A DNA stretch of 64,000 nt from positions 16,876 through 80,875 of the forward strand of contig JAYRXX010000006.1 in the NCBI GenBank assembly GCA_041917295.1. Reading direction: 5' to 3'. The translations under genes were made by a program, and so were the position numbers. Source of the DNA: Elusimicrobiota bacterium. Lineage in GTDB: Bacteria; Elusimicrobiota; Elusimicrobia; FEN-1173. Each line of letters starts with the position of its first letter. The first letter of the stretch is position 1. A model generated the notes under the pieces. The model had not been told where the DNA came from and did no database searches. It saw nothing but the letters and a program-made list of their open reading frames with translations. Positions 39,101 to 47,514 of the stretch are shown in pieces.

Positions 39101-39699
39101 TATTTAGGGTGAATCAACGCCAAAAATTCGTCCCGGGTCCGGCCATCGGTGCGAAACAGCCCCTGCATGGCGCTGGTCACGGTGGGGCTGTTTATGCTTT
39201 CGGCGCCCCGCATTTCCATGCACATGTGGCGTGCCGACATGACCACCCCGACCCCCAGGGGCGTCACTTTCCGCATAATAATGTCGGCAATCTCGTTGGT
39301 CAACCGTTCTTGCACCTGCAGACGACGGGAAAAGGCCTTGACCAGTTTGGGGATTTTGGACAACCCGATGATTTTTCCGTTGGGGACGTACGCCACATGG
39401 CACACGCCAAAAAAGGGAAGCAGGTGATGCTCGCACAATGAATAAAAGCTTATGTCGCGTACCACCACCATCTCGCTGTAAGGCTCGTCGAACAAAGCAC
39501 GATTAATAAGTTGGTCCACATCCACCCGGTAACCCGACGTGAGCTCTTCCCAGGCCTTCGCCACCCGATGGGGGGTGCGTTGCAACCCTTGGCGCTGGGG
39601 ATCTTCCCCCAACGTCACCAACAGCTCTTCGGCCAAATGGGTCAAGGCCCGGGCCGGGGGGGCCACAATGGCTTGCCGTCGTGCGAGGGATTGTTTCAT
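39100..39699 (-). CDS. folE: GTP cyclohydrolase I FolE
   Basis: [42 protein letters not shown]; start at MKQSL. Confidence 0.95.
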   Translation of the reverse strand: MKQSLARRQAIVAPPARALTHLAEELLVTLGEDPQRQGLQRTPHRVAKAWEELTSGYRVDVDQLINRALFDEPYSEMVVVRDISFYSLCEHHLLPFFGVCHVAYVPNGKIIGLSKIPKLVKAFSRRLQVQERLTNEIADIIMRKVTPLGVGVVMSARHMCMEMRGAESINSPTVTSAMQGLFRTDGRTRDEFLALIHPK

Positions 39700-39706
39700 G
39701 GGATTT

Positions 39707-40117
39707 TTAGGAGTGTTTTCGAAGCGAGAAAACGGACAAATCCAAAGTCTTACGGGAGGCAAATCCTTCCGACCGCCGATGCCAAAACGACACCTTTTCT
39801 TCCCCCCACCGCCAGCAAAGGTAAACATACCCTTCGCCCGGAATCCATCCAGGAAAATCCAAAAGACCCCGATCAATGTCTTTGACCAAAACGCCCATAC
39901 CGTGAATCAAATCAATGCGGCGACGGGTTTCCAATAACAAAAACTCCACCTGGCCGCGCGCCATGGCTAAGTCCACAGGATTCTCGGTCCCTTTTTCTTT
40001 CCAGTAAACGATCTTGGCGTCGGCCCGACTTTTCAGTTCCCGCGCTTCGCCCAACAGCTCTTTCAAACGAGGAAGGGCTTTTTGGGCTTCATCCAGTGTG
40101 AAATAATCGTTCGGCAT
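39707..40117 (-). CDS. DUF2203-family protein
   Basis: [11 protein letters not shown]...[12 protein letters not shown]...YLCWRWGEE...WH...GFASRK pattern. Confidence 0.8.
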   Translation of the reverse strand: MPNDYFTLDEAQKALPRLKELLGEARELKSRADAKIVYWKEKGTENPVDLAMARGQVEFLLLETRRRIDLIHGMGVLVKDIDRGLLDFPGWIPGEGYVYLCWRWGEEKVSFWHRRSEGFASRKTLDLSVFSLRKHS

Positions 40118-40148
40118 GGGAATATATTACTTTAATTGGAGCCTTTCG

Positions 40149-40601
40149 TCAAAGAGCCGCCAGCACGTCGGCCGGATGATTCGCGGGTTTCACTTTGGGA
40201 TAGACGGCCGCCACCTTTCCATCCGGTCCAATGACATACGTGATCCTCAAGATTCCCATGTATATTTTGCCGTAAAGTGATTTTTCGCCCCAGGCCCCGT
40301 AGGCTTTTACGATGGCGCCGGACTCATCGGCCAGAAGAGGAAAAGTCAACCCCTGTTTATCCGCAAACTTTTTGTGGGTAGCCGCGGTGTCTTTGCTGAC
40401 GCCAATCACCACGGCGCCCTTTTTTTTAAGAGACGCCAGGTTTTCTTGAAATCCGCAGGCTTCCACGGTGCATCCCGGGGTCAAATCCCGCGGATAAAAG
40501 TACAAAATGACGGTTTTTCCCTTAAAGTCCGATAGGGACACCATTTTTCCCGATTGATCCACCGCCGCAAAAGTAGGTGCTTTGTCCCCAATTTTCAACA
40601 T
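40149..40601 (-). CDS. bcp: Thioredoxin-dependent peroxiredoxin Bcp
   Basis: YFYPRDLTPGCTVEACGF signature. Confidence 0.93.
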   Translation of the reverse strand: MLKIGDKAPTFAAVDQSGKMVSLSDFKGKTVILYFYPRDLTPGCTVEACGFQENLASLKKKGAVVIGVSKDTAATHKKFADKQGLTFPLLADESGAIVKAYGAWGEKSLYGKIYMGILRITYVIGPDGKVAAVYPKVKPANHPADVLAAL

Positions 40602-40642
40602 GGACTCCTCCTTTTCTTCTGAAAGAGGATTATATCATTTCG

Positions 40643-40762
40643 GGTAACTACCCAGGTCCCTCATCCGCTCCTTCGGAGCACCTTCCCCCAAGAGGGGAAG
40701 GAAAACAAAGATTTTCCCTCTCCTCTTGGGAGAGGGCAGGGTGAGGGACCTGAGCAGTTACC
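40643..40762. repeat. 120-bp palindromic REP/MITE-like element
   Basis: 24-bp imperfect terminal inverted repeats (GGTAACTACCCAGGTCCCTCATCC vs GGTAACTGCTCAGGTCCCTCACCC, 21/24) around internal hairpins such as CCCTCTCC-TCTTG-GGAGAGGG. Confidence 0.7.
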
Positions 40763-40793
40763 ATTTTGGGTAAAAACGAAGAGGGAAACGGGG

Positions 40794-41876
40794 CTATTCA
40801 GCGGGATTTTTTTGGTTCAGGCACCGTAGAAGTGCGCGGGCCGCATCGTGGGCTTCCAAATGATTTTGAAACCCCCCGAACGCCGCCCAGGGGCGAAATC
40901 CGCCCGCCCGATCAATACGTACGCCGTAGCGGTTCGGTCCGCCGGAAAACACCACCCGAATTCCCACCACTGTTGATCGTGGGAAAGACCGGCTCCGGCG
41001 AATGGGGCCCAAACACCGACGAACCGTAACGTTAACCGGGTCCACCCACACTTCTTCACGGCCAAACCATTGGGCAACCAAGACCAGCGCGGCCGCCACA
41101 TTAAGCAAAGCCCCTCCCACCATGACCCACAGGGGCGCCTTCAGTCGGACCATCACCATAAAAAAGGCCGTTAACGTCAAAGCCCAGATCACAAGAGGGT
41201 TGGGGCCGGGAAAAACAAAAGGAGACCGCAAAGAAAACCGCCTCTGGTCCCCAACTGTATTAACGGTCAAGGGACGAGGGGGCCCGCCTTTAAGAGAGGC
41301 CGCGGCGGGAAGCGGGACAGGAAGAAGTTTTGAAGCCGGACCCATGTTGGGTGAAACCACCAGGGCCCATTCACCCTCAAAACGACCGGGCGTATTTGAT
41401 TGGGCCCGCATTCGCCAGAACACGTTACCATCCGGCGATAGGCCCGATGGCGGCGCTTCGACCGGAAGAGAAAAATGAAACGGCCACGCGCCGTCCGACG
41501 ATGGGGTGGGGGAATCGGCTTCGGCGGACCACAACAACCATTCCCCCCCGCCGCCCCGTTCAAAACAGTCCAAAAATAATTTCATCCCCCCGGCCAGGGG
41601 TTCCTGGTCCCCCGTGTGGACGACCCCCACCATCATTTCGCCCGGCCGACCCGCTGACCAGAGAGTCACTTTGGACCGTTGACTTTTTTTCCAATGGCGA
41701 AATCCCGCCGTGACCAACACCGCCAATCCGACGGATCCCACGACGACGCCCGCTAAGCCCAACAGCAACGGGCCCCCAAAATTCCAACCGGTCGCCTGTC
41801 CCAAACACGCCAACGCCGCCCCCGACCACAAAACAGTTAACGCCAGGGGCCCGCCCCACACCCATTTATTTTTCAT
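40794..41876 (-). CDS. Hypothetical membrane protein
   Basis: 360 aa with two hydrophobic hairpins and beta-rich soluble regions; in operon with flanking genes; no family recognised. Confidence 0.65.
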   Translation of the reverse strand: MKNKWVWGGPLALTVLWSGAALACLGQATGWNFGGPLLLGLAGVVVGSVGLAVLVTAGFRHWKKSQRSKVTLWSAGRPGEMMVGVVHTGDQEPLAGGMKLFLDCFERGGGGEWLLWSAEADSPTPSSDGAWPFHFSLPVEAPPSGLSPDGNVFWRMRAQSNTPGRFEGEWALVVSPNMGPASKLLPVPLPAAASLKGGPPRPLTVNTVGDQRRFSLRSPFVFPGPNPLVIWALTLTAFFMVMVRLKAPLWVMVGGALLNVAAALVLVAQWFGREEVWVDPVNVTVRRCLGPIRRSRSFPRSTVVGIRVVFSGGPNRYGVRIDRAGGFRPWAAFGGFQNHLEAHDAARALLRCLNQKNPAE

Positions 41877-42285
41877 GGGAAGAGACCATCCCGGACAAAC
41901 CCATCAAAATTTTTTCTTGGGAGCCCGTCAAAGGGGCCACGGACAAGCGGGGAATCCGAACAAAGTCCATGGCAGACAAAACGGGGTGAGTGCGCAATTC
42001 GGATAAAGGCACGGGGGTTTTGAGCCACCGGTCAAACGCCACGTCCACCGCCAACCAGCGTTCATCGGCTGGGTCGGGGTAGGCGGTCCCCGCCGCCCGG
42101 GCCCAACAAACCAACGCTTTTTCAGGGCTCGAATGGTATCCCCACACGCGGTCCCCGGCAGAGAGAAGCCGAAGGTTTTTGCGTGCCAGGGGACCCCGAA
42201 CGCCGTCCCACCGGGCATGGCCATCCCGTTCGACCTGGGTCCAAGGAAACACGTCAGGCTCGGTGGAAAAAATCCAGGCGGTCAC
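41866..42285 (-). CDS. EVE domain protein
   Basis: WIFSTEPDVFPW, WDGVR...ARKNLR...GDRVWGYHS, FVRIPRLSV; GTG start overlapping the moaE stop. Confidence 0.88.
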   Translation of the reverse strand: MTAWIFSTEPDVFPWTQVERDGHARWDGVRGPLARKNLRLLSAGDRVWGYHSSPEKALVCWARAAGTAYPDPADERWLAVDVAFDRWLKTPVPLSELRTHPVLSAMDFVRIPRLSVAPLTGSQEKILMGLSGMVSSHEK

Positions 42286-42752
42286 GAGGGCGGATAGGTT
42301 AAAACGCTGTCGGAGATCAGCATCGTTTCCCGGTGATGGTCCGACCACCGGGACGTTCCATCCGAAAAAATATCTTTTTTACGCAGGGGAACGCGGCATT
42401 TCATTTGTTCCAAGGCGTAATGGCAGGCCAAAAACGCCGCGGCCCGCTGGGGCGAACTGACCACCAAAAACATGCTGGTTTCCCCCACGGGGATTCGCCC
42501 CACACGGGTTTGCCACAAAACCTGGGTCCCGGGCCACTTTTCCGCCACTTCCGTTGTGATCTTTGACACTTCGGCCTCGGCGGCCGCGTCGGCGCTTTCG
42601 AACTCCAAAGCCACCACATTGCCTATATCCGTTCGGTCTGGTCGAACCACGCCTTGAAACGACACCACCGCGCCGGTTTCCGATTCCCGAGCCCGTTCCT
42701 CCAACCCATCAAACGCAATGGGCCCGTCCGTAAAAAAAGGGACCGACTCCAT
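42282..42752 (-). CDS. moaE: Molybdopterin synthase catalytic subunit MoaE-like
   Basis: GAVVSFQGVVR, RVGRIPVGE, VSSPQRAAAF.AC.YALEQMK.RVP..KK. Confidence 0.8.
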   Translation of the reverse strand: MESVPFFTDGPIAFDGLEERARESETGAVVSFQGVVRPDRTDIGNVVALEFESADAAAEAEVSKITTEVAEKWPGTQVLWQTRVGRIPVGETSMFLVVSSPQRAAAFLACHYALEQMKCRVPLRKKDIFSDGTSRWSDHHRETMLISDSVLTYPPS

Positions 42753-43675
42753 TACAGCGCCACCATACGATCAATGGCCCTACGGGCTTTGGCGGCCACG
42801 TCGGGGGGCACGGTGATGCGGTGCTTGAGGTTTTGCAAGGACCACAAAACATTTTCCACGGTGATTTTTTTCATGAACTCGCATTGGGCCGCCCGAGCCA
42901 CGGGCAAAAAGGTTTTGGCGGGATTCTGTTTTTGCAGGGTGTGCAAAATGCCGGTTTCCGTGGCCACCAAAAATTCGGTCCGGGGCGATTCTTTGGCGTG
43001 GCGCACCATCCCGCTGGTGGAAGCGATATAATCGGCGTGTTTCAATGCCGACGACAAACAACCGCATTCCGGGTGGACCATCAATTCGGCGTTGGGGTGG
43101 GCTTTTTTTTGTGTTTCGATGTCCACGTCAGTAATGGCGTAATGCACGTGGCACGATCCGGGCCACAAATGGATTTTTCGTCCGGTTTTTTCCCTCACGT
43201 ATTGGCCCAAATACATGTCGGGCAAAAACAAAATTTCCTGTTCTTTGGGAAACGATTCAACCACCTTGACGGCGTTCGAGGAGGTGCAACAGGCATCGGC
43301 CTCGGCTTTCACCTCGGCCGTGGTGTTGACATAGGCCACGACGGCCGCCTGGGGATGGCGGGCTTTCCACGCCCGAACTTGAACCGCGTCGGCCGTGGCC
43401 GCCAACGAACACCCCGCTTCCAGGTCCGGCAATAAAACCATTTTGTGGGGAGCCAACACAGCGGCGGTTTCGGCCATAAAATGGACCCCGCAAAAAACGA
43501 TCACGTCCGCCGAAGATTTGGCCGCCGCCTGAGACAACGCCAACGAGTCGCCCACCACGTCGGCGAGATCTTGCACCTCGCCCCGCTGGTAATTGTGGGC
43601 CAAAATCACCGCGTTGCGTTGTTTGGCCAAACGCTTTATTTCAGCGACGATGTCGGTGGGCGGGGCCGTGGCCAT
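42752..43675 (-). CDS. nadA: Quinolinate synthase
   Basis: ILAHNYQ, FCGVHFMAETA, AGCSLA, CHVH, HPEC, CEFMK. Confidence 0.96.
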   Translation of the reverse strand: MATAPPTDIVAEIKRLAKQRNAVILAHNYQRGEVQDLADVVGDSLALSQAAAKSSADVIVFCGVHFMAETAAVLAPHKMVLLPDLEAGCSLAATADAVQVRAWKARHPQAAVVAYVNTTAEVKAEADACCTSSNAVKVVESFPKEQEILFLPDMYLGQYVREKTGRKIHLWPGSCHVHYAITDVDIETQKKAHPNAELMVHPECGCLSSALKHADYIASTSGMVRHAKESPRTEFLVATETGILHTLQKQNPAKTFLPVARAAQCEFMKKITVENVLWSLQNLKHRITVPPDVAAKARRAIDRMVAL

Positions 43676-43676
43676 A

Positions 43677-44054
43677 TCAAAAAGTGAGGATGGGCCCTCC
43701 TTGGGCCTGGGACAAAAAGGCGTTTAATCCGACCACAGCGTCCAACCGTTGCGCCAACAGACGCGGGGACAAATTCAACATCCGCGCCCAGGCGGAACAC
43801 GCATACACCCGCACGCCGCCGGCTTGCCGCAGATCGTCCAAAAACGCGGCGGGAGACCGATGTTGAAAATGGAGGTGTTGAGCCGTGGCCGCGTTGGCGA
43901 CGGGCCAGTGATTTTCCACAAATGCTTTTAACGCGGGTCCGCGAAAAAAGAGGATCACGGTTTCTCCCCGAGCCCGGGCGGCGGCGCCGAACGATACGGC
44001 TTCGTACAACCGATCCATTTCCGCTCCATAGACCACAACCGAAAAAACAGCCAC
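43677..44054 (-). CDS. DsrE/DsrF-like protein
   Basis: LYEAVSFGAAARARGETVILFF..PAL...GVRVYACSAWARM pattern; GTG start at 44054 inferred. Confidence 0.65.
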   Translation of the reverse strand: MAVFSVVVYGAEMDRLYEAVSFGAAARARGETVILFFRGPALKAFVENHWPVANAATAQHLHFQHRSPAAFLDDLRQAGGVRVYACSAWARMLNLSPRLLAQRLDAVVGLNAFLSQAQGGPILTF

Positions 44055-44077
44055 AGAGGAAGAGGGATAAGGTGTCC

Positions 44078-44392
44078 CTATCGCGCTTTCGTCCGGGCGG
44101 GAGCGGGCTTTGCGGCGGGTTTGGTGTCGGGCTTGACCTCGACGGCCGGGGCCGGTTTTTCGGCCAAGCGGGCTTTCAACGCTTCCAAACTCTCGCGGTT
44201 TTGGGCTTGGATTTTGGCAATCCGCCGGGCCGCCAGCCACTGGCGCAAACTGGTATCAACCACATAAAAAACGCCCAGGGCCATTAAAAAACCCGAAAGA
44301 CTTATCCCGATTAAGAACCTCTTCTTGGAGGGGATCAGCAAAGAAACAATGACCCCGATGATGCCCAAACTTAAGATTGCCAACCCAAACAT
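44078..44392 (-). CDS. Small membrane protein with Pro/Ala/Lys-rich tail
   Basis: Two TM segments, a short coiled coil and a low-complexity tail; start at MFGLA. Confidence 0.6.
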   Translation of the reverse strand: MFGLAILSLGIIGVIVSLLIPSKKRFLIGISLSGFLMALGVFYVVDTSLRQWLAARRIAKIQAQNRESLEALKARLAEKPAPAVEVKPDTKPAAKPAPARTKAR

Positions 44393-44519
44393 GTTGCTCG
44401 TTAATATGAACACAAGTCCCCCCTGGTTAAGCCCCAGACCCCGGAGCCGATGTGGCACCCATTTATATTAACAGACAAACCGCTCCGCGACAAGGCAAAT
44501 TTTGTTACACTGAAACACC

Positions 44520-45962
44520 GTGAAACAGATCAGTCTGCGGACAAAATTGGTGGCGCACTCGACCCTGCTGGTGTTGGCGGCGGGGACCGGGGTGGGCGTG
44601 TCCCTTTATTTCGCCGAGCGGCAGTATCTGGTCCGCCGGTTCGACCAAACCCAGGAAGACAATGTCACCAGCCTCGTCCAAATCCGCCGCGAGTCGGTGA
44701 CCTCCAACAACGAACAACTGTTGCTCAGCTACCTGTCGTTGCTTCGTCGATCGCGGGCCCTCAGTTACGCCATGATCCAAGACACGACGGGCCGCGTGCT
44801 GTCGCACACAAACCCGGCGTTCGTGGGGCAACGCCTTTCCGACCCGCTGACGCTGGGGGCGCTGGAAACCGCCTCGTTGTTGCGCCAACGGGGCGGCTCC
44901 ACCGATGACGTGATCGACTTGGCGTTGCCCATCGTCCACGGCACCAAACGTTTGGGCGTTGCCCGGGTGGGATATTCCCGCGCCACCATGGCCCAGTTGG
45001 TGGACCAAACGTTGCAGGCGGCCCGACATCGAATTTTGATTGCCACCTTTTTGGCCATGGGGTTCGGCGTGGCGCTGGCGGTGGGATTGTCGTTGTTGTT
45101 TACGAAACCCATCGAGCTCTTGCGCGCGGGGGCCCGAATCATCGGGGAGGGCAACCTCACCCACCGCATTCAGATCACCACCCGCGACGAGTTGGGCGAC
45201 CTGGCCAAAGAGTTCAACGTGATGGCCGCCAAACTTCAAGAACTGGACCAACTGAAACAGGATTTCGTCTCCAACGTCACCCACGAACTGCGGTCGCCGT
45301 TGACGTCTCTGCGCGGGTATGTGGAACTGCTGTTGCGCGAAGGCGCCGGACCGATCAATGAAGAACAACGGGAATTTTTAATCGTCATTAAAAACAATTC
45401 CGTCCGATTGGCGCGGTTCATCGACAACCTGCTGGACGTGGCCAAAATCGAAGCGGGGAAAATCGAATTGCATCCCGAATTCATTCGACTTCAAGATTTG
45501 GCCTTGGAAATGTCGGTGGTTTTTCGGCCCATGGCCCAGGAAAAACGCATCGATTACCGGGTGGAAATGGACCCGCGCCTACGCCCGGTGCGGGCCGACG
45601 CCGACAAAATGCTGGAAGTGCTGACCAACTTGTTAAGCAACGCCTTCAAATTCACTCCCCCAGACGGAAAAGTCACGCTTTCGGCTGTTCCCGAAAACGC
45701 CCACGTTCACATAACGGTATCCGACACGGGCATTGGCATCCCAGCGGAATCCCAGTCCAGCGTGTTCAACAAATTCGAACAGGTGAAACCCACCCAAGGC
45801 CTGGCGCGGAAAACAAAAGGGTCCGGTTTGGGATTGACCATCGTCAAAGGCATTGTGGAAGCCCACGGCGGCCAGGTTTGGATCGAAAGCCAACCGGAAA
45901 AGGGAACCACCGTGCATGTGGTTTTGCCCCATTCCAGTGAGGAGGAGCCGGAGGAGGGATGA
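44520..45962 (+). CDS. Sensor histidine kinase (two TM, HAMP, HisKA, HATPase_c)
   Basis: DELGDLAKEFN (HAMP), THELRSPLT (H-box), NLLSNAFKF, DTGIGIP, GSGLGL. Confidence 0.95.
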   Translation: MKQISLRTKLVAHSTLLVLAAGTGVGVSLYFAERQYLVRRFDQTQEDNVTSLVQIRRESVTSNNEQLLLSYLSLLRRSRALSYAMIQDTTGRVLSHTNPAFVGQRLSDPLTLGALETASLLRQRGGSTDDVIDLALPIVHGTKRLGVARVGYSRATMAQLVDQTLQAARHRILIATFLAMGFGVALAVGLSLLFTKPIELLRAGARIIGEGNLTHRIQITTRDELGDLAKEFNVMAAKLQELDQLKQDFVSNVTHELRSPLTSLRGYVELLLREGAGPINEEQREFLIVIKNNSVRLARFIDNLLDVAKIEAGKIELHPEFIRLQDLALEMSVVFRPMAQEKRIDYRVEMDPRLRPVRADADKMLEVLTNLLSNAFKFTPPDGKVTLSAVPENAHVHITVSDTGIGIPAESQSSVFNKFEQVKPTQGLARKTKGSGLGLTIVKGIVEAHGGQVWIESQPEKGTTVHVVLPHSSEEEPEEG

Positions 45963-46065
45963 ATCATTGCGTCTCCCCATTTTTTTATTCTACGATTGTT
46001 TTGATTTTTTGCGGACTTCGGCAGGGCCACAGAGCGGAATTGGGAATCCATCGCGGAGGACACGT

Positions 46066-46746
46066 ATGCTAAAAAAACGGATCATGGTGGTCGACGACGA
46101 TCGAGACATTCGCCGTCTGGTGGAAAGCATTTTGGCCAAAGAAGGCTTTGTGACCATCGGCGCCGACAGCGGGGCGGACGCGCTCAAAAAAGTGGAAAAC
46201 TCCAAACCCGACTTGATCATATTGGACTTGCAACTGCCGGACAAAGACGGTTTTGAAGTCTGCAAAATTTTACGGTCCGACCCGACCACAAAAACGATTC
46301 CCGTGGTGTTTTTGACGGTGCAAAATTTGGATTCGTATAAAATCGCGGGGTTGGAAATGGGCGCCGACGATTACATCACCAAACCGTTCAACCAAACCGA
46401 ACTGGTGGCGCGGGTGAAAGCGGTTCTGCGCCGAGCCGAATGGCGCGACACCAAAGATTCGCCGGTCAAGGAAGGCCCCTTGAGCGTGGACATGGAAAAA
46501 CACACCGTGATCATGGACGGAAAATCCCTTAACCTGGCGCCCAAAGAGTTTGATTTGTTGCTGACGTTGATGCGCAACCAAGGCAAAGTGTTGACTCGGC
46601 CGGAACTTTCCGAATCGGTGTGGGGCCAAGAGTATTCCAACACCACCCGAACCGTGGATGTCCACGTGGGCCGACTGCGGCGCAAACTGGGAAAACACGG
46701 AGACCGGGTCCGAACCGTCGAACGGATCGGTTACCGCTTCGAGTAA
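46066..46746 (+). CDS. OmpR/PhoB-family response regulator
   Basis: MVVDDD, IILDLQLP, GADDYITKPF; winged helix with RTVDVHVGRLRRKL and TVERIGYRF; GGAGGA RBS before ATG 46066. Confidence 0.95.
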   Translation: MLKKRIMVVDDDRDIRRLVESILAKEGFVTIGADSGADALKKVENSKPDLIILDLQLPDKDGFEVCKILRSDPTTKTIPVVFLTVQNLDSYKIAGLEMGADDYITKPFNQTELVARVKAVLRRAEWRDTKDSPVKEGPLSVDMEKHTVIMDGKSLNLAPKEFDLLLTLMRNQGKVLTRPELSESVWGQEYSNTTRTVDVHVGRLRRKLGKHGDRVRTVERIGYRFE

Positions 46747-46847
46747 CCCCCGCTTTCCCCCCATCGTTTAACGCTCTTTGGCCGTCCTTGTGGCGCGTTT
46801 TAGGCCGAAATCCTCCCGTATTTTTTACCCCAAAGCAAAACCCGACA

Positions 46848-46879
46848 CGTCACTATTTGCGTTGACGCAAATAGTGACG
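46848..46879. repeat. Perfect 15-bp inverted repeat with 2-nt loop between convergent genes
   Basis: CGTCACTATTTGCGT-TG-ACGCAAATAGTGACG. Confidence 0.75.
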
Positions 46880-46914
46880 CCGCCATGTGGAACGTGTTCC
46901 CCCACGGACACGAA

Positions 46915-47295
46915 TCAAATCGGCCGTGTGTGGATGATGTTGTGAATGCTCTGCGCGAATGAAGAATAGCGGACGGGTTTGGCCATGGCGGCTTGGACAT
47001 CGATGGTTTGGAGTTTGCGTTCGTCGGCCCAGCCGGTGACGATCACCACGGGCGTGCCGTTGGTGGCCGGATGGCCGCGAAGTTGTTTTAAAACGTCATA
47101 CCCGTTGACAAAGGGCATTTCCAAATCCAAGGTGATCAAGTGGGGACGAAAATCGATGGCCGCGCGCAAGGCGTCCCGGGGGTCGGTGACACACCGCACT
47201 TCATATCCCATGGACTCGCAAAAGTCCCCCAACAAGTCGGCCATTCCGATATCGTCTTCAATCACCAAAATCCGGCGTGGATCGAGCATGATCAT
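46915..47295 (-). CDS. Single-domain response regulator (CheY-like receiver)
   Basis: ILVIEDD, LITLDLEMP, VVIVTG, MAKPV. Confidence 0.9.
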   Translation of the reverse strand: MIMLDPRRILVIEDDIGMADLLGDFCESMGYEVRCVTDPRDALRAAIDFRPHLITLDLEMPFVNGYDVLKQLRGHPATNGTPVVIVTGWADERKLQTIDVQAAMAKPVRYSSFAQSIHNIIHTRPI

Positions 47296-47352
47296 CCCCC
47301 CTCACGCTAAAATTACCACTTGCCCAATCCTACACCCGATTTGATTTTCTCG

Positions 47353-47370
47353 CCTTAAGAAGTTGTAACA
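47353..47370 (-). promoter_or_regulatory. Inverted partial copy of the giant-gene element (GTTACA-N4-CTTAAGG) upstream of the receiver gene
   Basis: Plus strand CCTTAAGAAGTTGTAACA, differing at 1 of 18 positions from CCTTAAGAACTTGTAACA at 32661. Confidence 0.6.
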
Positions 47371-47450
47371 GCGTCTTTCGCCCCTTGCGAACCAATGAAG
47401 CACGATTCCCCCCCCCCCACATTAATTTAATTAACTATGTCCCATGCGAT

Positions 47451-47478
47451 TTTACAATTCCGTTACAAACTCTTAAGG
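47451..47478 (+). promoter_or_regulatory. Conserved upstream element of giant B: TTTACA-N5-GTTACA-N4-CTTAAGG
   Basis: Matches the giant A element; ends 36 nt upstream of ATG 47515. Confidence 0.7.
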
Positions 47479-47514
47479 GAATCTTTAGATTGGTTTGATA
47501 AAATTCCCGTCATT

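Noticed and set aside
47437-47514. Upstream ATG 47437 as the start of giant B
   Set aside because: It would put the conserved upstream element inside the CDS and 26 extra residues before the signal-like segment; ATG 47515 fits better, though this is unproven.
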